From Candidatus Latescibacterota bacterium (GTDB lineage: Bacteria; Latescibacterota; CBDEFO01): 64,000 nt of DNA. Below, piece by piece: positions 49,281 to 58,330 of this stretch. The translations under genes were made by a program, and so were the position numbers. The notes beneath the pieces are model-generated. The model ran no database searches and was not told the DNA's origin. It saw only the letters and a program-made list of their open reading frames with translations. The stretch spans positions 2,144,001-2,208,000 of the forward strand of contig OZ252149.1 in the NCBI GenBank assembly GCA_965248755.1. Direction: 5' to 3'. Positions within the stretch are counted from its first letter, which is position 1, and every line of letters starts with the position of its first letter.

Positions 49281-50140
49281 GTGGGCGGTTTTTGGGTCGA
49301 GGCTATTCCCGCAAGGTGGTAGCTTTGGCTTTGGGTTTGCATCGTTCGACTCTGTATAGGTTTAGGGATAGAGGTGTCAGTTCTTCTGTTAAAGAGCCTG
49401 TGATAGATGAGGAGCTTGCTTTTCGTATTCGAGGGATACTGGACCAAGAAGAGGCATTTGGTCACAGGCGGGTTTGGGCGCATCTTCGTTTCAAGGAAGG
49501 GGAATGTGTCAACGTTAAGAAGGTTCATAGGATAATGAAGCTTAAGGGGTGGCAGTGTAAGCTGTGGAATCGTCCCGGGAGAAAGGGGCCACAGGTTGCC
49601 CAGAAGCGTTCTGTGGTGGATAGTCCCGACAGTTTGTGGTCGAGTGACTTGACAAAGATTTACTGTGGAAAAGATGGTTGGTGTCCTCTTATTGCGGTGG
49701 TGGACAACGGAAGCCGGGAGGTTCCTGGGTATCGTTTTAGTCGAAAAGGGAGGGCACTGGAGGCCACAGATGCCCTGGATCGGGCCGTGATCTCTCGATA
49801 CACTTCCAAGGAGGCTGTCCCCCAGGGTCTCACTTTGCGCTCTGACAATGGTTCCATCTTTTTGGCTCGGGCCTATTTGGCCAGTACCGAATATTGGGGA
49901 ATTCGTCAGGAATACATACCAAGTGGTAAACCCGATTGGAACGGTGTTGTAGAGCGTTTTTTCAGGACCCTCAAGCAAGAGTGTGTTTGGCTTCACAAGT
50001 TTGAATCCTTTGAACAGGCTGAGAAGATCATATCTCAGTGGATCGATAATTACAACAAGAACAGGCTTCATTCATCCCTGGGATATAAGACCCCAAAAGA
50101 GTGGAGAAAACAATTTTATCTACTACCCCAGGTTGCTTAA
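49277..50140 (+). CDS. IS3 transposase OrfB (DDE integrase core)
   Basis: WSSDLT, LRSDNGSIF, NGVVERFFRTLKQE and RLHSSLGYKTP. Confidence 0.92.
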   Translation: MSGRFLGRGYSRKVVALALGLHRSTLYRFRDRGVSSSVKEPVIDEELAFRIRGILDQEEAFGHRRVWAHLRFKEGECVNVKKVHRIMKLKGWQCKLWNRPGRKGPQVAQKRSVVDSPDSLWSSDLTKIYCGKDGWCPLIAVVDNGSREVPGYRFSRKGRALEATDALDRAVISRYTSKEAVPQGLTLRSDNGSIFLARAYLASTEYWGIRQEYIPSGKPDWNGVVERFFRTLKQECVWLHKFESFEQAEKIISQWIDNYNKNRLHSSLGYKTPKEWRKQFYLLPQVA

Positions 50141-50380
50141 TTGGTGTCGCTTTCCTGGGAAGCAGTACACGTCGTATATTAAGACCCTGTCCAGTTTGGG
50201 GTTCACGTCATATCAAAAGACAATAGTTGAAACTTTTTATCGACAAGTGCTTGATCCTAAATGCTTTTTACTAAGAGGACAGCGGCAAGGGGAATAGGCT
50301 TTTCCGCGATACTGTACAAAACCTTTAAACTGTCAGAACTTGAAGATGTGCTGACAAAAACTTTAGCATGAATTGAGCTA

Positions 50381-50989
50381 ATGATGAGGATTAAGACACT
50401 GATAATTGACGACGACAAAGAATTTAGCGATGCGCTTAGTCATTACCTTACTCAAGAGGGATTCGATGTTGAAAGTGTCACTGATCCCAAAAGGGCGATG
50501 GACAAACTTAAAAGTGCGATGCATCACGTGGTACTTCTGGATCTAAAAATGCCCGCAATAACAGGTGATGATCTCCTTGTAGACATAAGGAAGTTCGACT
50601 CGGATGTGTCTGTAATCGTAGTGACGGGTTACCCGAGTACGGAATCGGCTGTCACCACGATGAAGCTGGGCGTTACTGATTACATTACGAAACCATTCAG
50701 GATGCCAGAACTTTTAGATGTTATTCAAAAGGCTCTGGCTGAGAGGGGCCTGGAAATTGATCCTGACGAAAAGTTAGCATCAGAGATAGGACAAAGGATT
50801 CGAGCTTTAAGGCAGGAAAAAGGGTTAACGATCAAGCAGTTGGCAAACAGGACAGGGCTATCGCTAAGCCTAATATCCAAGATCGAATTGGGAGACAGTT
50901 CAGCTTCAATTTCTACTTTACGCAAGCTAGCCTCAGCCTTAAAAGTCCACATAAGTTACTTTTTTTTAGTGAGACAGGATAGAAATTAA
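50381..50989 (+). CDS. Response regulator with C-terminal XRE-type HTH
   Basis: LIIDDD, LLDLKMP and YITKPF receiver; IGQRIRALRQEKGLTIKQLA HTH. Confidence 0.9.
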   Translation: MMRIKTLIIDDDKEFSDALSHYLTQEGFDVESVTDPKRAMDKLKSAMHHVVLLDLKMPAITGDDLLVDIRKFDSDVSVIVVTGYPSTESAVTTMKLGVTDYITKPFRMPELLDVIQKALAERGLEIDPDEKLASEIGQRIRALRQEKGLTIKQLANRTGLSLSLISKIELGDSSASISTLRKLASALKVHISYFFLVRQDRN

Positions 50990-51378
50990 ACTTATGATCG
51001 TGCAGGACATTTTAGACAAAAAGTTTGGCGATAGAAATGGAAGAGCGGGAATAAACCGAACCCGTTTTTCTGAGCACGAAATTGGACAAGTAAAGCAAGT
51101 TTTTCGCGTTGCTTGTACAGACTACCCGACTTGACAGTCTTACCTTTCTGTTATTGGGAATACGTATTCTACCAAATCGAGTGGTGCAAGATGACCTATT
51201 TCTAAATTACAGCTCTAAAGATACAAGGTTTATTTGACATAACAGCCCCCGTGGAGACTCATTTTGAGCTCTTGTCGACTTTAAGAAGTTGTTAAGCTAT
51301 GTGTCCAATTTGGATTTTCTGGGGTACACGTTACTGTTTTGGGAGAAGAGCCATCCGTTACGTGAAGGAGGATAAAAC

Positions 51379-51809
51379 ATGGCAACCGACTTCAAGATGC
51401 TGAACATGATAAGAAAGATCCCCATGTTTGGGGAACTTTCTGTGGATGAGGCAAAACTCGTGCTGAGCGCATGCCAGCAGAAGGACTATGAACCCAATGA
51501 GGTGATATTCAAATACGGGGGAGGCAGCAGTGAGATGTTGATCCTCATGTCGGGAAAACTGGACGTAAGGGGGCCTAGCGACGATCTTAACATAGCTGAA
51601 ATTAACCCTGGCAAATGGTAGGGGAAATGGACGTCCTCACGGGAAAGATCAGGTCAGCGACGGTAGTTTCTTCAGAAAAGTCAATAGCACTGAGCTTGAA
51701 CACCGCGGAGTTCGACAGACTGCTCAGAAAATACCACTATATAGGTCTCAAGATGTTAAGAAATGTTATAAACGATCTCTCTGTAAAGACCAGAATAAGC
51801 AATTCCTGA
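51379..51809 (+). pseudogene. Frameshifted cNMP-binding domain gene, inverted duplicate of 53993..54631
   Basis: Near-identical N-terminus; 1-nt loss near 51612 splits it into 51379..51621 and 51615..51809. Confidence 0.85.
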
Positions 51810-51966
51810 TTTTTTACGTAACCCTGTGTGTTTAGCGATGTATAGGAGCACCGCAGATCGATGCTAAGGTATTCTAATCACTCCAACGGGAAGGAGAATT
51901 ACCTTGGGAGTATAACGGAGGCACAACTTTGACCGAGCCGACCACTTGGGGAGAGGTAAAAGTTTC

Positions 51967-52365
51967 CTATTCAGTTTCTGAGGTTTGGGGGATTTCCGAT
52001 TCTACAGCTCCCCCTGTCTGAGCTGGAGAACCTGGCTCTTGCCCCTCTGTCACATCAGGAGGAGCAGCGGGAGGGGAAAATGGGCCTCTTCCTTCCTGCA
52101 CCCTTTCTGTTACGGTTTGAACTTGGCTGCCTTGAGAATAGAAGTGGCCGAGTACGAAACAGTTAAGAGCAAAGACAATTGCCAAGACTACGGTAGCTTT
52201 GTTAAGAAAGGTAGCGGTCCCTCTCCCACCTAGTACTCCCCCCCCCGCTTCACCCAATCCACCGAATGCCCCCGACAGTCCTCCACCCTTTCCGGACTGA
52301 AGGAGGATAGAGATAACTAAGGCTGCACTTACCAAAAGATGAACAATTATGAAAAAAGTAACCAT
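51967..52365 (-). CDS. secG: Preprotein translocase subunit SecG
   Basis: ILLQSGKGGGLSGAFGG...FLNKAT signature. Confidence 0.93.
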   Translation of the reverse strand: MVTFFIIVHLLVSAALVISILLQSGKGGGLSGAFGGLGEAGGGVLGGRGTATFLNKATVVLAIVFALNCFVLGHFYSQGSQVQTVTERVQEGRGPFSPPAAPPDVTEGQEPGSPAQTGGAVESEIPQTSETE

Positions 52366-52421
52366 TTGGTTTCAAGTCTCCTCTACCAGAATTTTCCCCC
52401 TCTACTATAGCATGCTTGTCA

Positions 52422-52450
52422 AATATAATAACAATCCCCGTAATCTGCAA
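52422..52450 (-). promoter_or_regulatory. Putative sigma70 promoter of secG
   Basis: TTGCAG-N17-TATATT on the minus strand. Confidence 0.5.
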
Positions 52451-52516
52451 GCCATTTTTCAGAAGGGAGCCTGCTAACGTAGCAGAGAGCATACAGGGTT
52501 GGGGGCCAGCGCCCTG

Positions 52517-52536
52517 CCCCGATTGAAGTATCGGGG
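52517..52536. repeat. REP-like palindrome
   Basis: CCCCGATTGAAGTATCGGGG, downstream of gap. Confidence 0.7.
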
Positions 52537-52558
52537 CTTTCTAAAGATTGCTAGTTTA

Positions 52559-53557
52559 CTAATCGGCCATCAATTTTATGAGCTCACTGCATCTGTTGGC
52601 ATAGCCCCACTCATTGTCATACCATCCTATTACCTTAACCAGGTTGTCCTCTACAACACAGGTCGAAAGGGCATCAAAGATGCAGGAAGCTGGATCGCCT
52701 ATAATATCAGCTAAGACTATCGGCTCCTCGCTGTAAAAAAGATACCCCATCAGGCTGCCTGCTTGGGAGGCCGCCTTGAATGCCTCATTGACCTCATCTG
52801 TGGTGGCGTTCTTTTTCAACTCCGCTACAAGATCTGTCAGAGATCCGTTAGGAGTGGGGACCCTCACAGACATTCCGTTCAATTTTCCGTTCAGCTCGGG
52901 TATGACCTTACCGACAGCTACCGCGGCGCCTGTGGTAGTCGGGATCATCGAGACTGCGGATGCTCTGGCTCTCCTTAAATCCTTATGCGGTTGATCCACA
53001 ACTGCCTGATCGTTTGTGTAGGAATGAATCGTGGTCATCAATCCTTTCCGAACTCCGAAGTTATCGTTTAGGACCTTCACCATAGGAGCAAGGCAGTTGG
53101 TGGTGCAAGAGGCGTTGGATACTATCGTATATTCGGGTTTGAGCGCAGAGTCGTTCACACCCAGAACTATGGTAACGTCTTCACCCTTGGCCGGAGCCGA
53201 TATGAGGACTTTCTTTGCGCCTGCTTTCAGATGCCCTGATGTCTTTTCTCTTTCTGTGAAGAGGCCAGTGGATTCAAGGACTACATCCACGCCCAGATCT
53301 CCCCAGGGGAGGTTGGCCGGATCCCTTTCGGACAAGACCTTGATCTCAGCCCCATCCACGACGATAGCGCCGTCCTTGGGTTCGATCGAACCTGGGTATT
53401 TGCCGTGCACTGAATCGTATCTCAAAAGATGAGCCAAAGTATGGGCATCAGTTATATCGTTCACAGCAAGGACATCGCACCCTCCCTGTTCCATCGCTGC
53501 CCTGAAGACCAATCTTCCGATCCTTCCAAATCCGTTAATTCCCACCCTCACTGCCAT
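52559..53557 (-). CDS. gap: Glyceraldehyde-3-phosphate dehydrogenase, type I
   Basis: GINGFGRIGR, SNASCTTNCL and WYDNEWGY; start at 53557 after AAGGAGG. Confidence 0.97.
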   Translation of the reverse strand: MAVRVGINGFGRIGRLVFRAAMEQGGCDVLAVNDITDAHTLAHLLRYDSVHGKYPGSIEPKDGAIVVDGAEIKVLSERDPANLPWGDLGVDVVLESTGLFTEREKTSGHLKAGAKKVLISAPAKGEDVTIVLGVNDSALKPEYTIVSNASCTTNCLAPMVKVLNDNFGVRKGLMTTIHSYTNDQAVVDQPHKDLRRARASAVSMIPTTTGAAVAVGKVIPELNGKLNGMSVRVPTPNGSLTDLVAELKKNATTDEVNEAFKAASQAGSLMGYLFYSEEPIVLADIIGDPASCIFDALSTCVVEDNLVKVIGWYDNEWGYANRCSELIKLMAD

Positions 53558-53996
53558 TTTCATCCTCCTTCTGACTTTCATCCTCCTTCTCACTGAAGGA
53601 CCAATCTTCCACTTTAATGTCCTTAACCTGACTGAAGTTGCCGACCTTTTGTGTGACCAGAACAAAATCCATAGATAAGGCTATGCTGATCACCCTTAAA
53701 TCTCTCTCAGGCAGTGTTGCTCCCGCAAATTTTAAGGACGCCCATATCTTCCCGTACTGATCCGCTGCAGAAAGGTCAAAAGGCAAAACACCGACATCCT
53801 CCAAAAAGTTTTCTACCTGACTCAGACGCTGTTCTTTGTTGGTACTTGCAGCATTGGCAACAGACAAAAGCTCTGCCGCTGTTATTACCGACGTGGTGAT
53901 CCTATCGTCTTTTGCCAGGGCCTTAATCTTTGAGATAATGTCTTCGTTTTTCCTCAAAATCTCAACACATATGTCTGTATCCAGAAGATAGCTCAC
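53535..53996 (-). CDS. PIN-domain (VapC-like) ribonuclease
   Basis: YLLDTD, SVITAAEL, LPFD and ERDL motifs; GTG start overlaps the upstream TGA. Confidence 0.88.
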   Translation of the reverse strand: MSYLLDTDICVEILRKNEDIISKIKALAKDDRITTSVITAAELLSVANAASTNKEQRLSQVENFLEDVGVLPFDLSAADQYGKIWASLKFAGATLPERDLRVISIALSMDFVLVTQKVGNFSQVKDIKVEDWSFSEKEDESQKEDENGSEGGN

Positions 53997-54631
53997 TCCT
54001 CGTGACTCCTCCTTTGGCTTCTCCTTGTAGTCTGGATATCTGCCTCAGCAGACTCCCCACATACTTCCTTCAAAACCGCATCCAGGTCCTGACTCTCCTC
54101 CCAGATGCCGGCGTGTTCCAACAAGAGAGCACTAGAGCACCCCATAGTGCTCGAGTCTACGATGTTGCTCAACTGCTCCATCTTTTTGGTGCTTCCCTCT
54201 AAATTGACATTGCCTGTCTTGATCTTGTCAGACAGATCGTCCACAATATTCTTGAATATCTTCAGACCTATCTTCTGAAATTTTCTAAGCAACCTGTCGA
54301 ACTCGGCGGTGTTCAAGCTCAGCGCCATCGACTTTCCTAAAGCAACTACGGTAGCTGACCTGATCTTTCCCGTGAGGACACCCATTTCCCCTACCAGTTG
54401 TCCAGGTTTGATCTGAGCTACGCTGACACCGCCGAGGGACCTTACGTCCAGTTCACCAGACATCAGAATCAACATCTCCCTGCTGCCTCCCCCGTACTTG
54501 AATATCACCTCATTGGGCTCATACTCCTTCTGCTGGCATGCGCTCAGCACCAGCTTTGCCTCATCCACTGAGAGTTCCCCGAACATGGGGATCTTCCTCA
54601 GTATGTTCAGCATCTTGAAGTCGGTTGCCAT
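53993..54631 (-). CDS. cNMP-binding domain protein with a C-terminal antitoxin-like extension
   Basis: LRKIPMFGELS, ILMSGELDV and GEMGVL...RSATV; no Crp HTH; tail ALLLEHAGIWEESQDLDAVLKEV. Confidence 0.85.
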   Translation of the reverse strand: MATDFKMLNILRKIPMFGELSVDEAKLVLSACQQKEYEPNEVIFKYGGGSREMLILMSGELDVRSLGGVSVAQIKPGQLVGEMGVLTGKIRSATVVALGKSMALSLNTAEFDRLLRKFQKIGLKIFKNIVDDLSDKIKTGNVNLEGSTKKMEQLSNIVDSSTMGCSSALLLEHAGIWEESQDLDAVLKEVCGESAEADIQTTRRSQRRSHEE

Positions 54632-54644
54632 GTCTTATCCTCCT

Positions 54645-55529
54645 TCACGTAACGGATGGCTCTTTTGCTGAGACACCCAGGCCGAATATGGCAAAGTCGT
54701 ACTTTACAGGATCGTCTTTATCGAACTTCCTCAGGCTATCTGTGATGTCCTCGGCGGTTTTCCAGTCGTTTGATTTGCGCTCAGTCAATTTGAACTTCCT
54801 GGAGAGCCTGGACACATGCACGTCCAGCGGGATGACCAGCATCCTTGTCGGAACTTCTCTCCATAAGCCGATATCAACAGAGTCCGATCTGACCATCCAC
54901 CTCAGATACATATTCAGCCTTTTACATGCGCTGCCCCCGCCCGGAGAAGGGATCAGTGCTTTGACCCTTTGGGGAATCTCATCCGTCTCTGGGAGTGGAT
55001 CCAGATTATAGATGTTCTGGACGAATCTCGTTAAAGCCGGCCTGATCGTCCCATCTGAGAGATCGAGCCCTCTGAGAAAGAGTTCTTTTATGGACCCGTA
55101 TTTTTCTATGACCTGTTTCAAAAGATATATCACACACGCCACGTCGTCGCCCAATATCATTCGATACGCAAAATGAGAAAAGCCTTTAAAACGCTCGAGA
55201 TCTCTTTTTGGATCAAAATTGGCTACGAACTTGTAAGGTCTATCTTCCATTTGTCTGAATATCTTCTCCAAGCTTGAAAGTATGTTAGTCCTCCTGCCCT
55301 GAGCCATAATAGAGGCAATCATCCCGGCGACTTCACGATCTCTATCGTCTGAGTATCTGTGCACGAATTTGACCGGATCGTTCGGTATGAAATCCGGCGT
55401 GTTGTACTTTTCAAAGAGCAAGTCCAAGGACTTCTTCAGTTCTATGTCGGAGTCCGAAAGGTCAAACGTAGACTCCGTTACGGTTTTTCTATCTGCATTT
55501 TCAAATAGATCTATCTCATCAAAGGTCAT
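54645..55529 (-). CDS. TIGR02757/DUF2400 family protein
   Basis: DPVKFVHRY, SACKRLNMYLRWMVR, IPLDVHV and DPVKYDFAIF. Confidence 0.88.
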   Translation of the reverse strand: MTFDEIDLFENADRKTVTESTFDLSDSDIELKKSLDLLFEKYNTPDFIPNDPVKFVHRYSDDRDREVAGMIASIMAQGRRTNILSSLEKIFRQMEDRPYKFVANFDPKRDLERFKGFSHFAYRMILGDDVACVIYLLKQVIEKYGSIKELFLRGLDLSDGTIRPALTRFVQNIYNLDPLPETDEIPQRVKALIPSPGGGSACKRLNMYLRWMVRSDSVDIGLWREVPTRMLVIPLDVHVSRLSRKFKLTERKSNDWKTAEDITDSLRKFDKDDPVKYDFAIFGLGVSAKEPSVT

Positions 55530-55547
55530 ACTCGCCTATTCCCCATT

Positions 55548-56087
55548 TCAATTCATCAGGCTCTTAACCCTTAGTATAGCCCATTTAGCTTCAGGGTAGT
55601 CATAATTTGCAGTTAGAGCTTCCTCGTAAGCTTTCTTGTACTCCTCAATGGCCTCAAGCCAGGCTCCCTGAAGTTCCAGAATCCTTGCCAAATTGAAGTG
55701 AGGATAGTGATAGCACTCGTATCTTCTGGCTACCATGGCTTTCTTGAGGTAGGGTACAGCTTCATCGAACCTTCCCAACTCGATCAGATAAGCTCCTATA
55801 TCGTTGTAGGGATTACCAAAGTCGGGATCGACTTCTATTGCCTTTTTACACTCCCCTATCGCTTCGTGTAGACTTCCCATAAAACTGTAATTCCACCCCA
55901 GGAACGTATGCGCCTCTCCGGTGGGATAAAAGTCTATGGATTGCTCGTAGTACTTGATCGCTTCCTCAAAATAAATAAGCGCCTCCTCCTCCCTGCCCTC
56001 ACTCTGAGCCTGATGAGCCTGCATCTGAATCTGGTATGCCTTCCTCCAACAATCCTCAGCTTCCTTTTGGACGTCGCTTTTATCCAT
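55548..56087 (-). CDS. TPR-repeat protein
   Basis: EAHTFLGW..AIEVDPDFGNPYNDIGAYL. Confidence 0.85.
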   Translation of the reverse strand: MDKSDVQKEAEDCWRKAYQIQMQAHQAQSEGREEEALIYFEEAIKYYEQSIDFYPTGEAHTFLGWNYSFMGSLHEAIGECKKAIEVDPDFGNPYNDIGAYLIELGRFDEAVPYLKKAMVARRYECYHYPHFNLARILELQGAWLEAIEEYKKAYEEALTANYDYPEAKWAILRVKSLMN

Positions 56088-56289
56088 ATACAGTCGGCAC
56101 CTCCTACACCTGCTTTTTTAAGATACTCAGCGGATTTAGGGAGCTCTATTTCAGGATCGCCCAAGATACGACGTTCCATAGCCATATACTTACCGTAACC
56201 TGTCAAGCTCACATCAACAAAGCCGATTGTAACTCAAATATAAAAATACTGCATTGCGATGTCAACTATATTTTCGATAAAGTGATCTT

Positions 56290-56611
56290 AAACATAAACG
56301 CATCCCACCAGGGCTACTACATACCAATCCGATGTAGAACGCGCCCACAGCCTGATCGAATGCGAATTCTACAATACTGTCCAGATCACTGACCGGTCGA
56401 ACCTTTTCCTGTAACTCCAAGCCTATCAATGGATGCTCAATACCCACAGACAGAATAGCTGTAAGGACTTCAAACGCTCCTTTACAGATACGCATTCAAC
56501 ACCAAACCACAGAAAATCTCGATCCTCAACGCTTTAACTTCCCAGTCTTGATTCTCGACTCTCTTCTCTCTAACTTTATCAAAGGTGCATACCGTGCGCC
56601 TTTACCCGACA
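56290..56611 (+). pseudogene. Degraded DDE transposase 3' remnant (IS481-like)
   Basis: HKRIPPG / TYQSDVERAHSLIECEFY...*LQAYQWMLNTHRQNSCK, with frameshifts and a stop; ends in ...GACA. Confidence 0.6.
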
Positions 56612-56780
56612 AATTGTGATTTTTTTTGACTGTGATTCGGATCGGTGAGAAAATTAGGCAGATTTGCGCCACAGATTGACATCGTAGCTCGGAGATGTCT
56701 CCTACGACAAAGTTGGGATAAGATTGAGACGATGGGCGTTTCCTCTGCCGGATAGAGCAGGAAGTCTACACACCCAGTTC

Positions 56781-57260
56781 TTATGAAACTTGAATCTCTC
56801 CGTTCTCCCTTACTTCTTCCGTCCTTACTGTCCCGAACTTGGACGTGAGCACAGCTCCGAACCCAAGAGCAAGAGCTGCCGATAAGGTAAACCAGCCGAA
56901 ATACGGTATCTGGTGTACGAGGGTCAGGATTATGAGTCCGATCACAAGCTCCAGTATGGGGGACTTCTCTTTTATTTTAAGAGGTATCTCTTTGCCGATT
57001 ACGAGTGTGACAGCTATATATCCGAGGAACATCGCGACAGAAGCTGCAAGTCCGATAAGCGGTAAAAGGGGTATTCCGATTATGGTTATGCCTATGAGCA
57101 CCATAAGAGGACCTATGCAAATCATCCCGCACAGACCTATAAGTACAGACTGCCATAAACTGTTTCGTAAGGTGTAGGATACGTTCTCGACATGTCGTGG
57201 AAGGAAGGTTATAAAGATCGCTCCCAGGGCTATGAGATCCAGGAAAAGTATGAAGTCCAT
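56781..57260 (-). CDS. Membrane protein, truncated tandem duplicate of the C-terminal half of 57329..58315
   Basis: Near-identical TM region; own AAGGAGG RBS. Confidence 0.8.
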   Translation of the reverse strand: MDFILFLDLIALGAIFITFLPRHVENVSYTLRNSLWQSVLIGLCGMICIGPLMVLIGITIIGIPLLPLIGLAASVAMFLGYIAVTLVIGKEIPLKIKEKSPILELVIGLIILTLVHQIPYFGWFTLSAALALGFGAVLTSKFGTVRTEEVRENGEIQVS

Positions 57261-57328
57261 TTTCTCCTCCTTTGTGCAGTAGTTATTTCTAAAAGGCTAA
57301 TGGGTGTTGTGGATTTTGAAAAACGAGT

Positions 57329-58315
57329 CTATGAAGCCTGGGCCTCTCCGTTCTCCCTTACTTTCTCTGTCCTTACTGTCCCGAATTTGGATGTAAGAAC
57401 AGCTCCGAATCCAAGGGCAATAGTCGCTGAGAGGGTGAGCCAACCGAGATACGGTATCTGGTTCACAAGCGCCAGGATTATGGCTCCAATTGCAAGCTCC
57501 AGTATGGGGGACTTCTCTTTTATTTTAAGAGGTATCCCCTTGCCGATTACGAGTGTGACAGCTATGTATCCGAGGAACATAGCGACAAAGGCGGCAAGTC
57601 CGATAAGCGGCACAAGGGGTATTCCGATTATGGTTATGCCTATGAGCACCATAAGAGGACCTACGCATATCAATCCGAACAGACCAATAAGTACAGACTG
57701 CCATATACTGTTTCTTGCGGTATGGGATATGCTCTCGATATGCATGGGAAAGAAGATCATAAGGAGTGCACCCAGGGCTATGACAACCAGGGCGACCGCG
57801 ATCTTGTAAATGATTTTGGCGAAGAAAAGGAAGCCGGAAATCTTATCCCTGACTTCAGGCGTAAATGCGCGCCGTGCTATAGGGGGGAGTATTGCATTTA
57901 AGCCTTGAATGTCCCCCACTTCCATCACGTCTCCACTTATTATTGCCGTGCTGTCAGCTACTATTTGTCCTCCTATTGAGAGTACGTCTTTGACCTCGGC
58001 TCCCGCTTCTAAATAGACATTTCCTCCTATAGCTGCTACATCTTTGGTCTTTCCTGAGACTGTCGCGCTCCCTACGATGGCCACGGCGTTTCTGGTCTGG
58101 CCCTTGACATCAATACTTCCTCCGATAGCCACAGCGTCTTTGGCACTTCCTTTCACTGTTACGGAGCCGCCTATAGCGACTACGTTTTTTACTGTTTCAC
58201 CTTCTTCAACTACTATATTCTGGCCCGATCTTACAATATCCTTGGCGGCGAAGGCCTGAGATGCCATAAGGAATAGAGCTATGGCTAACGTTGTGACGAT
58301 GAAGATCCTTTTCAT
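57329..58315 (-). CDS. Membrane protein with N-terminal beta-helix (bactofilin-like) repeats
   Basis: Signal peptide; repeated VAIGGSV.V.G units; C-terminal TM helices. Confidence 0.8.
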   Translation of the reverse strand: MKRIFIVTTLAIALFLMASQAFAAKDIVRSGQNIVVEEGETVKNVVAIGGSVTVKGSAKDAVAIGGSIDVKGQTRNAVAIVGSATVSGKTKDVAAIGGNVYLEAGAEVKDVLSIGGQIVADSTAIISGDVMEVGDIQGLNAILPPIARRAFTPEVRDKISGFLFFAKIIYKIAVALVVIALGALLMIFFPMHIESISHTARNSIWQSVLIGLFGLICVGPLMVLIGITIIGIPLVPLIGLAAFVAMFLGYIAVTLVIGKGIPLKIKEKSPILELAIGAIILALVNQIPYLGWLTLSATIALGFGAVLTSKFGTVRTEKVRENGEAQAS

Positions 58316-58330
58316 CTTCTTCTCCTTTGT

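Larger units (their letters stand above)
48904..50169 (+). mobile_element. IS3-family insertion sequence (1266 bp)
   Basis: orfA/orfB pair; imperfect IRs (CATACCGCTCCCC..AGCGACA / TGTCGCT..GGGAAGCAGTACA); 4-bp CGTC duplication at 48900-48903 and 50170-50173. Confidence 0.9.

Noticed and set aside
48836..50071. 411-aa minus-strand ORF
   Set aside because: It is antisense to the IS3 orfAB, has no recognisable motifs, and is best explained as a shadow ORF.
51855..51910. tRNA expected after secG
   Set aside because: Only an imperfect hairpin is present, with no cloverleaf, T-loop or CCA.
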